Source: Octopus sinensis
Lineage: Eukaryota
DNA length: 21,720 bases
Direction: 5' to 3'
Assembly (NCBI RefSeq): GCF_006345805.1
Contig: NW_021823690.1
Span: 1-21,720 of the forward strand
Shown: piece by piece, positions 1 through 9,244 of the stretch
Numbering within the stretch: position 1 is the first letter of the stretch
How the letters are laid out: every line of letters begins with the position of its first letter
Position numbers and translations under genes: made by a program
Notes under the pieces: model-generated
What the model saw: only the letters and a program-made list of their open reading frames with translations
Told to the model about the DNA's origin: nothing
Databases searched by the model: none

Positions 1-487
1 CAAAGGGCACTAAAATAAGAAAAGGAATAAAGCTGAAGTGAAGACCAAGTCCATAGTGCCTGTGACTATTTGTCAAAATAGAAGACCATCCCCAAAGATA
101 ACCATGTCAATTTCAAAACACGAATTCATATCAAGAAATTTGCAAAACAAATAGATAAGCGTGTGTGTGTATGTATTTGTGTATGTTTGTGTGTGTTTGT
201 GTATGTGTGCCTATGTAAGTAATGTTTAGGTTATTTAAAATATGTTTGTGACATATTTCAACTGCTAAAAGTCTAATTCCCTGCACGTACCGTGATTAAA
301 AGGTGCAAAAACACCATATCTGTCCAGTGCCGTCATATATCAGAATCCTCAGACATAGATGCTTCTAGCTCCTTAGCCGTTATCTATGGGAAATACCTGA
401 GAGAGGCAACTCTGGACAGACTTTATCAAAGCTATAACTTAAAATAAAATACAGTCAACAACATTGATATATATATATATATATATA

Positions 488-617
488 CAAGGTGATTCAA
501 GAGTCACCATACATAGGGAAAAATTTATTTTTTTATAAGAAACAGTTAAATAAAAAAATTTTTTCTTCTAAAAAAAAATAAATAGTTCTTATGTATGGCG
601 ACTTTTGAATCACCCTG
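488..617. mobile_element. Tc1/mariner-type MITE (130 bp) with TA target-site duplication
   Basis: Left end CAAGGTGATTCAAGAGTCACCATACATA matches the reverse complement of the right end, CAGGGTGATTCAAAAGTCGCCATACATA, at 25/28. TA flanks both sides (486-487, 618-619). The interior is AT-rich and non-coding. Confidence 0.85.
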
Positions 618-624
618 TATATAT

Positions 625-801
625 TTCAATACATATATAGATAGGTAGATAAACAAACATACAGTATATACACATATATAAATTTATATTACACACGCAT
701 ACACACACACATATATACATACAAACATACATACACACAGAGATATATACATAAATACACACACACACATATATATACATACAAACATACACACACACAT
801 A

Positions 802-851
<50 letters not shown>

Positions 852-862
852 CATACAAACAT

Positions 863-893
<31 letters not shown>

Positions 894-917
894 AACATAC
901 ACACATACACACATATA
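625..917. repeat. Compound (CA)n/(TA)n/(CATA)n microsatellite
   Basis: Directly visible; explains the ORFs at 610-996. Confidence 0.95.
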
Positions 918-918
918 T

Positions 919-1183
919 TAGGGTGGCCCAAAAAGGCAAATTTGAGAAATGTTGAACTCTGACCCCATCAATTTGTGAGGCTTGACATGTAAACACTCTC
1001 TCTGAAATTTAAAGAAAATTTCATGGTATTTCTTCTTATCAGTCAGCAATTCAATATTTTATTTTCAGCATGAAATAAAACTTCAGGTAATAAATAACTT
1101 GTAATCGAGATATAACAAAAGTATTCCATTTATCAAAACATAAAATAGCGTAGTGACAAAATCATCTGAACAATGCGACACAC

Positions 1184-1255
<72 letters not shown>

Positions 1256-1692
1256 ACATATCCGTATTTCGGCCACAAATCCCTTCCTCTCCCTGCTTGC
1301 GTGAGGCTATGCTTCACTCCACGCCGTAGGCAACCTGTAGCCTCTATTCAGTATTGTTATAGCTTTTGTCGTGCGTAAATATGTCAGCGCTCTATTGCGT
1401 AGTGTTTTAATTAAACATGTCTATTTTAATGAAAAGAAGTGAGAAACAGACCATGGCCTATTGGATATATTGTTGAAAATATTAGTAATAAAAACAAAAC
1501 TCTCATCATTTTGAGGTGTATTACGACACCTTTTTTTTATCTCACCCGTGATAAAAAATTTAAAAAACAGTGAAAGAAGCATCAGATATTGTGTATTCAG
1601 AAATAAATGAGATCCAGAATAATGCTAAGGAACCAATCAAGGACAAACAACATGTGCTTACCAAGATTCGAAAAACGTATGAACAATATAAG
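919..1692 (+). mobile_element. Left end and N-terminal transposase relic of a DNA transposon (hAT/hATm-like), piece 1
   Basis: Begins TAGGGTGGCCCAAAAA right after the microsatellite. From ~1450 frameshifted translation gives WPIGYIVENISN..KLSS..VLRHLF..YLTRDKK..TVKEASDIVYSEINEIQNNAKEPIKDKQHVLTKIRKTYEQYKF, which resembles the N-terminus of invertebrate hATm-type transposases (from recall). No right TIR was found in the window. Confidence 0.6.
1179..1253. repeat. (CA)n microsatellite
   Basis: Directly visible. Confidence 0.95.
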
Positions 1693-1975
1693 TTTATTTA
1701 TTGGCCACACAGGGCTGCACACAGATGGGACAAGTTACAAGGTAGAGCTTTTCTTTTGGGGGATGAAAAAAACAAAAAAAAAGGGGTGGCGTAGGTTTTC
1801 GATCAAGAGGGATCGTAAAAGGGAAGAAAAGAACAAAAAAAATAAATAAATAAAATAAAAAAGAAAAAAAAAGAAAAAGAAAAAAAAGAAAAGGAACAAA
1901 AGAAAAGAGAAATGAAAAAAGAAGAAAAAAAGGGGAAGAGGGAAAAAAAACGATCAATAGGGATCGTGTATCGAT
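1693..1975 (-). mobile_element. 3' UTR end of a non-LTR retrotransposon (L1/Tx1-like), 5'-truncated
   Basis: The minus strand ends ...TTGTCCCATCTGTGTGCAGCCCTGTGTGGCCAATAAATAAA, the same terminal motif as the LINE end at 12290-12311. The body is pyrimidine-rich. It interrupts the transposase reading frame. Confidence 0.6.
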
Positions 1976-1981
1976 CGCTTC

Positions 1982-2059
1982 AAAAAACAAAGGAGGAACC
2001 AAAATCAAATTGAAAATGAAACCAAATTTAAGGATTGCTTCGGTGAATTATTTGACATT
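1982..2059 (+). pseudogene. Transposase relic, piece 2
   Basis: Translates KKQRRNQNQIENETKFKDCFGELFDI, a plausible continuation of piece 1 once the 1693-1975 insertion is removed. Confidence 0.6.
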
Positions 2060-2279
2060 ACTCTTTTACTCTTTTACTCTTTTACTTGTTTCAGTCATTT
2101 GACTGCGACCATGCTGGAGCACCGCCTTTAATCGAGCAACTCGACCCCGGGACTTATTCTTTTGTAAGCCCAGTACTTATTCTATCGGTCTCTTTTGCCG
2201 AACCGCTAAGTAACGGGGGACATAAACGCACCAGCATCGGTTGTCAAGCAATGCTAGGGGGACAAGCACAGACACACAA

Positions 2280-2372
<93 letters not shown>

Positions 2373-2540
2373 CATATATAACATATATATATATATATAT
2401 ATATATAAGAAAATAGTAAAGTGTGAAAAAACGACAGAAGGCTTAAATGTTAAAAAATATATATATTTGTGTCAAAATGTCTGGAGAATATTGGAAAAAT
2501 TTTTTCCTTTCCTTAAAATGACATAATTTTAAAATTTTTA

Positions 2541-2580
2541 AAGAAATTACCGGTTTCGCGTGTAGCTTTTCAAATTTCTT
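2541..2580 (-). ncRNA. Minimal type I hammerhead ribozyme (U3:A8 variant), inverted pLTR copy
   Basis: Minus strand: AAGAAAU-UUGAAAA-GC UACAC GC-GAAA-C CG G-UA-AUUUCUU. This gives a 7-bp stem I, a 2-bp stem II, a palindromic mini stem III and a GUA cleavage triplet. Confidence 0.72.
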
Positions 2581-2639
2581 GTGACGTTATGTTTATATTG
2601 CATGGAGTTATCGTTGTGTTTATTTTCAGGAGATTTCTA

Positions 2640-2910
2640 CCAAGACTACGTGGGTTCCACGGGACTATCACTCAGGCGTAGATGCACACTGCATCGACAA
2701 CAGATTGCATTCCCAGAATATAGAATGATACCTTTAAGTGAGCACATTGAGAAATGCGCAAAGCAACTACTGCCACAATTTTTAATCTTCCCATTTTACC
2801 AATGTGCTTTCGGATCATCAACACAAATGAGACTGAACAAGGAAACATTCTTCATTGAAAAGTACAAACCCAGACTCAACCATCCGAACATACTGACACA
2901 GAGAAATTAA
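2640..2910 (+). pseudogene. C-terminal half of PLE GIY-YIG endonuclease
   Basis: QDYVGSTGLSLRRRCTLHRQQI...LSEHIEKC...FLIFPFYQ...RLNKETFFIEKYKPRLN shows the YIG-type motif (YVG), the conserved Arg, the catalytic Glu and the terminal P-x-LN. The GIY strand is replaced by the inverted pLTR. Confidence 0.85.
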
Positions 2911-3046
2911 CAAGGGAAAGGGAAGAAAAATTTTTAAGCGATTATCTCCCTTACACCGGAAGAAATCACTCACTACCTCCCCTTATTTAGAAATCTCCTG
3001 AAAATAAACACAACGATAACTCCATGCAATATAAACATAACGTCAC

Positions 3047-3086
3047 AAGAAATTTGAAAAGTTACACGCGAAACCGGTAATTTCTT
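3047..3086 (+). ncRNA. Minimal type I hammerhead ribozyme (U3:A8 variant), sense pLTR copy
   Basis: AAGAAAU-UUGAAAA-GU UACAC GC-GAAA-C CG G-UA-AUUUCUU. Stem II has a U.G wobble here. Predicted cleavage is after A3079. Confidence 0.7.
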
Positions 3087-3260
3087 TAAAAATTTTAAAA
3101 TTATGTCATTTTAAGGAAAGGAAAAAAATTTTTCCAATATTCTCCAGACATTTTGACACAAATATATATATTTTTTAACATTTAAGCCTTCTGTCGTTTT
3201 TTCACACTTTACTATTTTCTTATATATTCACCCACGTGCTTTACCAAACAAACTTTCTTA

Positions 3261-3297
<37 letters not shown>

Positions 3298-3463
3298 GAC
3301 GACGAGCTTCTTTCAGTTTCCGTCTACCAAATCCACTCACAAGGCTTTGGTCGGCCCGAGGCTATAGTAGAAGACACTTGCCCAAGGTGCCACGCAGTGG
3401 GACTGAACAAGGAACCATGTGGTTGGTAAACAAGCTACTTACCACACAGCCACTCCTGCGCCT

Positions 3464-3848
3464 ATTGTTCTTATTGATGCGATGAAAATGATGTCAAAAC
3501 GAAGATGATCGTTTATTTCTAAATGCTCAGAGGGGGAAACGGAAGGAGAAGTTATGTGAGTGCTATTGACAGGAATTATGTTGCAAAGCAACAGAGCAAA
3601 CGTAAACGGGTAGAAGAAAAGAAGCAGAGATTATTCGCAAGAAAGAGCAATCAAGTGTTACTTTGGAAAGTAGCATGGATAAAAGTAGTGGTGAGTCTAA
3701 TAAGGCACCACAACCAGCATCATCCAAAACTCATCTCAGTAAAAGATCAAAACCTCAGGAGCAAATAATATCAGCTGATTTGGATAGAACTAAAATAAGT
3801 GACCGCAGTGCAATGTTAGTCGTATCTGCTCCTGCTTCAGCCTGAGGA
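3464..3848 (+). pseudogene. Transposase relic, piece 3
   Basis: Frameshifted translation: IVLIDAMKMM..NEDDRLFLNAQR..GNGRRSYVSAIDRNYVAKQQSKRKRVEEKKQR...IISADLDRTKISDRSAMLVVSAPASA*G. It follows LFDI of piece 2 directly. Confidence 0.62.
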
Positions 3849-3963
3849 AAACATATTTCACCTTTTTACGTACATAACAAGCAATCTACACATATATATG
3901 TTTACTGATACAAATATGCATGTGTGTGTAAGTACACACACACACACACATATATATATATTA

Positions 3964-4215
3964 TAGGTAGAGGTTATGAAAAAAACAAAAGACGAAGACA
4001 GGTGGTGTATAAAACAAACAGATATATTAGTATAACGCTCAGGAATAGAAAAAGGTTTTTACGTTTCGAGCCTACGCTCTTCTACAGAAGGGGACACAGA
4101 AAAAAAACAAGGAGAGAAACAAGGAGAGAAAAAAGGGGAGAAAAAAGGAGAGAAAAAAGGATGGAAAAAAAGGAGAGAAACAAGGAGAGAAAAAAATTGT
4201 GTGTAGTGGCTAACG
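3964..4215 (-). mobile_element. (TA)n-embedded repeat with hammerhead-like motif (probable PLE-derived pLTR), copy 1
   Basis: Homologous to 5075-5270. The minus strand has CTGTAGA-A-GAGC GTAG GCTC-GAAA-CG-TA at ~4057-4089. It carries internal (AAGGAGAGAAAC)-like repeats and is flanked by (TA)n. Confidence 0.55.
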
Positions 4216-4535
4216 ATTTATCATATATATATATATATATTACCATAATATATCAGATTTGCGGCACTACCAAATATTCAGGGGCGTATATTTGGGGTTG
4301 CGTTCTATTAATTACAACTCAAAGCGTTTAGATCCGTCTGAACTCTAGGCATCATCACATGCTTTATTCCTAGGTGTACTGACAGTATTAGACTTAATTT
4401 GAACTACGGATCTTTATCGTTAACGTGACAAAATAGAGCTCATCCATGGACCATTATTATAGGTCCCTAGTTTGGTTCTATGTTGGTACTGTCTCCAAAT
4501 ATAACACCCGATGATGATAAGAGAAACCCCATCGA

Positions 4536-4814
4536 AAAGAAAGCATGGATATAAATATTTCTGAAAATTTCCTCTACAAAGATGAGGTTAATGGACAGAA
4601 AATGGCAAATGCATTGTAAATATTAAACTTACCCGTTAATTTAATCACAAATCTTAATGGAAAACTTGCAGGGATATAACAAAAGTTTTCCATTAAGATT
4701 TGTGATTAAATTAACGGGTAAGTTTAATATTTACAATGCATTTGCCATTTTCTGTCCATTAACCTCATCTTTGTAGAGGAAATTTTCAGGAATATTTATA
4801 TCCATGCTTTCTTT
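4536..4814. repeat. Near-perfect palindrome: 132-bp arms, 15-nt spacer
   Basis: 4536-4667 is the reverse complement of 4683-4814, with one mismatch seen (TTTCTGAAAA vs TTCCTGAAAA). Confidence 0.95.
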
Positions 4815-4845
4815 AAGTACACACACACACACACATATATATATA

Positions 4846-5033
4846 TCACCGTGACTGACCAGGCTATCAGATGTTGCTACACATCGCTGGTCACAATGCG
4901 CTTCGCATTGTTTTAGTCTTCAAATGACGCTACCCCGCTGGCTAAGCGAGCAGGCCAACAGAAGAAAGAGTGAGAAAAATTTGCGGCGAAAGAGTACTGC
5001 AAGGATCGCCACCACCCCCACCCCTGCCGGAGC
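4846..5033 (-). mobile_element. 3' half of a SINE related to family C with a different tail
   Basis: 4967-5033 (GAGTGAGAAAAATTTGCGGCGAAAGAGTACTGCAAGGATCGCCACCACC...CCTGCCGGAGC) aligns with 18309-18369. The remainder is unrelated to the family C tail. Confidence 0.65.
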
Positions 5034-5074
5034 ATATATATATATATATATATATAATATATATATATATATAT

Positions 5075-5270
5075 AAAGGGAAAGTTTACGAAAATAAACA
5101 AAAGACGAAGGCTAGTGGAGTACAAACAAACAAATGTATTAGTATACAGCTCAGGAATAGAAAAAGTTTTTTACGTTTCGAGCCTACGATCTTCTACAGA
5201 AAGGGACACAGAAAAAGACAAGGAGAGAAACAAGGAGAGAAAACAAAAAAGGAGAGAAAAAAATGAGTGG
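5075..5270 (-). mobile_element. (TA)n-embedded repeat with hammerhead-like motif, copy 2
   Basis: Homologous to 3964-4215 (shared CAAAAGACGAAG, GCTCAGGAATAGAAAAA, ACGTTTCGAGCCTACG, CTTCTACAGAA). Confidence 0.55.
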
Positions 5271-5282
5271 TGATGTAAAACA

Positions 5283-5361
5283 CACCAGACTGAAGAAGTC
5301 AGCAAGATCACGGTGGTGATCCAGTATGACCGCAGTCGCATGGCTGAAACGTGTAAAAGAT
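5283..5361 (+). mobile_element. Very short LINE 3' end sharing the SINE A tail
   Basis: TRLKKSARSRW* is followed immediately by TCCAGTATGACCGCAGTCGCATGGCTGAAACGTGTAAAAGA, similar to the SINE A terminus. Confidence 0.5.
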
Positions 5362-5365
5362 TTGT

Positions 5366-5432
<67 letters not shown>

Positions 5433-5530
5433 TACGTGTATATGTGCGCGTGTGTATGTATGTGTGTATGTGTGGCAGTATTGTATGCTCTGTGCGTGTG
5501 TATGTGTGTGTGAGTGCACGCGTACGTGTG
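5366..5530. repeat. (GATA)n followed by (TG)n-like microsatellite
   Basis: Directly visible. Confidence 0.95.
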
Positions 5531-5893
5531 TTTTGTTTGCTATGTCTTCAAAAAATCTGTTGTTAATCCATATATAGATATTCGGTTCCTATCAGTTGAA
5601 AACGTTTTCCTATGTCTTTGTGTGAAATTATTTAATCTTGGGTTGCTTTAAATTGTCGGCAATAGTCAGACATTTAGATTATCCGCATCCTATCCAGCTG
5701 GGTTTTTATCTTTCATAATACCTTTCACCTCATTTAATCTTAATCCAAAACAACGAACTACACTTAAGGCAGTAAGCCCGAATTTTCTTCAAGGAATGCT
5801 TTATCAGATTTTTATGTCCTGTTTTATGATACATACATACATACATACATAGATGCACACACACACATACATATATACATATATAATATATAC

Positions 5894-5924
<31 letters not shown>

Positions 5925-5930
5925 ATATAT

Positions 5931-6095
5931 AGGCGGAGGCGTGGCTATATGGTATGTAGCATGCTTACCAACCACATGGTTCCGGATTCAGTCCCACCAC
6001 GTGGCACCTTGGGCAAGTGTCTTCTACTATAGCCTCGGGCAACCAAAGCATTGTGAGTGGATTTGGCAGATGGAGACTGGAAGAAGGTTGTCGTG

Positions 6096-6162
<67 letters not shown>

Positions 6163-6305
6163 GTGTGTGTGTATAAGTTTGTGTTTGTGTCTTTCCCCTC
6201 CACCACAACCACCACCACCTTGACAACCGATGTTAGTGTGCTTATGTTCCCGTTACTTCCCGGTTCGGCAAAAGGATCCGATAGAAAAAGTACTAGGCTT
6301 ACAAA
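5931..6305 (+). mobile_element. SINE family A, 3'-truncated
   Basis: AGGCGGAGGCGTGGCTATATGGTA head, GGATTCAGTCCC B box, internal (TA)n, and body up to GTACTAGGCTTACAA. Confidence 0.9.
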
Positions 6306-6601
6306 ATCGACCCCAGGACTTATTCTTCGTTAGCCTAGTACTTATTCGATCGGTCTCTTTGCCGAACGGCTAAGTTACGGGGACGTAAACACACCAGCAT
6401 TGGTTGTCAAGCGATGTTCCCTGTACAAACACAGACACACAAACACACACATAAATATACATATACACGACGGGCTTCTTTCAGTTTCCGTCTACCAAAT
6501 CCACTCACAAGACACTTGTCCAAGGTGCCACGCAGTGGGACTGAACCCGGAACCATGTGGTTGGTAAGCAAGCTACTTACCACACAGCCACTCCTACACC
6601 T
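6306..6601 (-). mobile_element. SINE family A, 3'-truncated, with ~30-bp internal deletion
   Basis: Reverse-complement homology to 5931-6305 and 2060-3463. It lacks the block between CACAAG and ACACTTG. Confidence 0.9.
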
Positions 6602-6797
6602 ATGTGTATACATTTTGTATTCCATCTGTTGTGTATCTTGGTGTGTATATGACGGTCGATATATGTACATACTCTATCATCTTCTTATGTAAAAGCATAT
6701 GCTTTCATATATATTTGAATAACGTGGTTTGGTTTGGTTTGGTTCGGTCAGCGCATAGCCTTGCGTATGTATCTATAATGAGCAACGAGCCTATATG

Positions 6798-7044
6798 AGT
6801 ATATGTTTATGTATATGCTTGTGTGTAATGTGAGTGACCAGTATATATACGTATGTATGCATGTGTATCGTTAGGGGGTGAGTGGAGTGTGTGTGTGTGT
6901 GGTGTGTGTGTGTGTGCGCGTGCATCTGGGTGTGTGTACACGTGTGTGTGTCAGTGCGTTTGTATATACATGAAATAAGAAATCGTTATATACCAACATA
7001 GTTTTGTGCGTAAATGTGTAACAGTATGTATGGTATTTTAGATT

Positions 7045-7116
<72 letters not shown>

Positions 7117-7172
7117 TGTGTGTATGTATATATATATAAATGCATTTATATACATATGTGTGTATATGTGTG

Positions 7173-7224
<52 letters not shown>

Positions 7225-7318
7225 TACGTGTATATATACACATATACACATATATATACATCTATATATATGTACATACATATATGTGTGTATGTATGTA
7301 GGTATGCGTCTGTGAGTA

Positions 7319-7350
<32 letters not shown>
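6798..7350. repeat. Compound (TG)n/(GATA)n/(TA)n microsatellite region
   Basis: Directly visible; pure (GATA)n at ~7044-7115. Confidence 0.9.
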
Positions 7351-7353
<3 letters not shown>

Positions 7354-8041
7354 TTTTATGTCATGATGTACAGATCATGTTCTTATTTTGACATTAAGAC
7401 ACTCAGCTCTTCAACAAAACAGACAATATGGCCGGCCGCTTATCATTTCCTGCCACTTTTAGTGTGTCGTCTGCATTCTTTCCTTTCTTTATCTTTTATT
7501 TATTTTATATTTTTCCTTTCCTTTCATTTCTATCTTCTTTCTTTTTTTTTCTGTTGTTGTTCCTCTGCTATATTTTCTAATATTTCTTTCTTTTATTTAA
7601 ATTTTTCAATAGTTTTACTATTTTTTATTTTTGTTTACGATTATCGATTTTTTAGTAATCTTTATCAATATAAACAGAAGAAAATAATGTAGGATTAATA
7701 ATAAAAAAAAAGCATTTCATTGGTGAAAAAAATACATTGCAGTGTCTATATATCTGTTCTTATACTCATGTAGATGACCGTCGAAGAATATCTGCATCAG
7801 CTTAACAGACAAACTGTCGACCGTACAAGTCAATCAAGATAAGTATTTGTCTATAAATATGTATGGTGTGCTAACCAGTTGTGCCACTAGAGGGCAGAGT
7901 CTCTATAGTAGGTGTTTGAACCCCTTTTTTAAATATCAAAGATGATTTGCATGTGGGAATAAACGTGTGCTTGTAAAATACGAATATTTTGCATGAATTT
8001 ATATGCATAAATCTTTTATAAATTCATACAACAAATATTGG

Positions 8042-8236
8042 TTTCAAATTTTGGCACAAGACAAGCAATTCGAGTAGGTAAGTCGATTACATCGACCCCA
8101 GTGCTTGACTGGTACTTTATCGATCTCGATTGATGAGAGGTTAAGTCGACCTCGGTGGAATTTTAACGTTAAACACGGACGAAATACCGCTAAGCATTTT
8201 GCCCGGCGCAGTAACGATCCTGCCAGCTCGTCGCCC
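8042..8236 (-). mobile_element. tRNA-derived SINE family B (diverged)
   Basis: The minus strand starts GGGCGACGAGCTGGCAGGATCGTT and aligns with 10079-10255. Confidence 0.85.
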
Positions 8237-9244
8237 TCATACAAGCCGTTTTGTGTTGTTTTGATAAACGGTTTTTAAAACTTCGCCAGGAGTTGGTTTC
8301 ATATTTAGAATATCATTTTTATTTCGCCAGTGGGTGAGGAGTGATCAACAGCTAAGCTACACGGTAATTTGACATATTGGATGTAATTGCCTCCTGCGAA
8401 TATTGAATGAAACTCTGCCCATTATCAAATGGAGGCTACCTGAAAAGTGTAGACCTTATATTACAGCACTGTAAGATGCAGACTCTGATTAGCAGAAAAA
8501 AAAATCACACCGGGATTTACTTGAATTTTAAAAGTGAAGCGTTTTCCCTTTGCCCTCGTGTGCACGGGTATATATATATATTAGCCAGCAGGTCGGGTAT
8601 ACCATAAGCATAAGCATTGGCGCATCCTTCACTATAAATGAGAGGTTACTATTTTCCTTCTAAATCCAGTATTTATATATACAAACGTTTGTGCATTTCT
8701 GTATATTCACAACCACACATTATTAGATATAACCCTTTATTGCATCCTTCCCATTCTGCTTCCCGTCTCTTCCCTGTACCTCTGTTCCACTCCACCCTTA
8801 CTCTCTCTCTTCATCCTACTTTTTGCCACCTGAATCCTTCCACGTATGTCACTGGCTAAAACGGACCAACGCAAGGGGCATAATTCTGATACGACACACG
8901 ACACGCACACACACAAATACACAGTTCCACACACATAGTCTTTCACACGCACAAACACACACACATACGCATACACACACACACATATAATCATGTAAAG
9001 GATAGCAGATTAAAGATTATAGAGTTCGGAATTGTACTGGATTATCTCGATCCATATTACTTTATCTGCTAAGGCCAAACTAGAGCGTTGGGATTTAAAT
9101 TCAAGTGATATAACAAATCCTCCACCTTTAGTCTTTTCTCGTGCCATTAGCCAATGTTGAGCGTTTGTATCTGTCCTGTCCTAGTGGCGAGTTAGATACT
9201 CACATACACAAACAGGCATGGTATCCTTTGAACGGATTTATAGC

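Larger units (their letters stand above)
2407..3262 (+). mobile_element. 5'-truncated Penelope-like element with inverted pLTRs and 3' tail, inserted in (TA)n
   Basis: Inverted repeat 2407-2639 / 2988-3221 (I see one substitution and one homopolymer indel) encloses a GIY-YIG fragment. A ~35-40 nt extension follows the right arm only. (TA)n lies on both sides. Confidence 0.88.
2060..3463 (-). mobile_element. tRNA-derived SINE family A, full length but split by the PLE (3' half 2060-2290, 5' half 3297-3463)
   Basis: Head on minus strand: AGGCGCAGGAGTGGCTGTGTGGTAAG (A box) ... GGTTCCTTGTTCAGTCCC (B box), then CORE-like ACCTTGGGCAAGTG. Tail ...TCCAGCATGGTCGCAGTCAAATGACTGAAACAAGTAAAAGAG(TAAAAGAG)n. 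Homologous to other copies in the window. ATT lies at both junctions. Confidence 0.9.

Noticed and set aside
610-996. ORFs rich in C/V/Y/I/M (also 5941-6223, 6871-7692, 16052-16933, 19363-19584, 20389-21082)
   Set aside because: They are translations of dinucleotide and trinucleotide microsatellites that lack stop codons by composition.
3924-4331. Lys/Arg/Glu-rich ORFs (also 1607-1849, 4970-5266)
   Set aside because: They derive from purine-rich antisense strands of repeat UTRs, not from genes.
5290-5356. Hammerhead from CTGAAGA-AGTCA...TGGCT-GAAA-CGTG-TA
   Set aside because: No stem I complement. The 3' half is better explained as the shared SINE/LINE tail.
8845-8895. Possible degenerate hammerhead (GTCA-CTGGCTA...CTGATACGAC)
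   Set aside because: Both core boxes are mismatched and it cannot be supported from this copy alone.
9002-9071. Short inverted repeat TAGCAGATTAAAG / CTTTATCTGCTA
   Set aside because: About 12 bp and imperfect, with no TSD; compatible with chance in AT-rich DNA.
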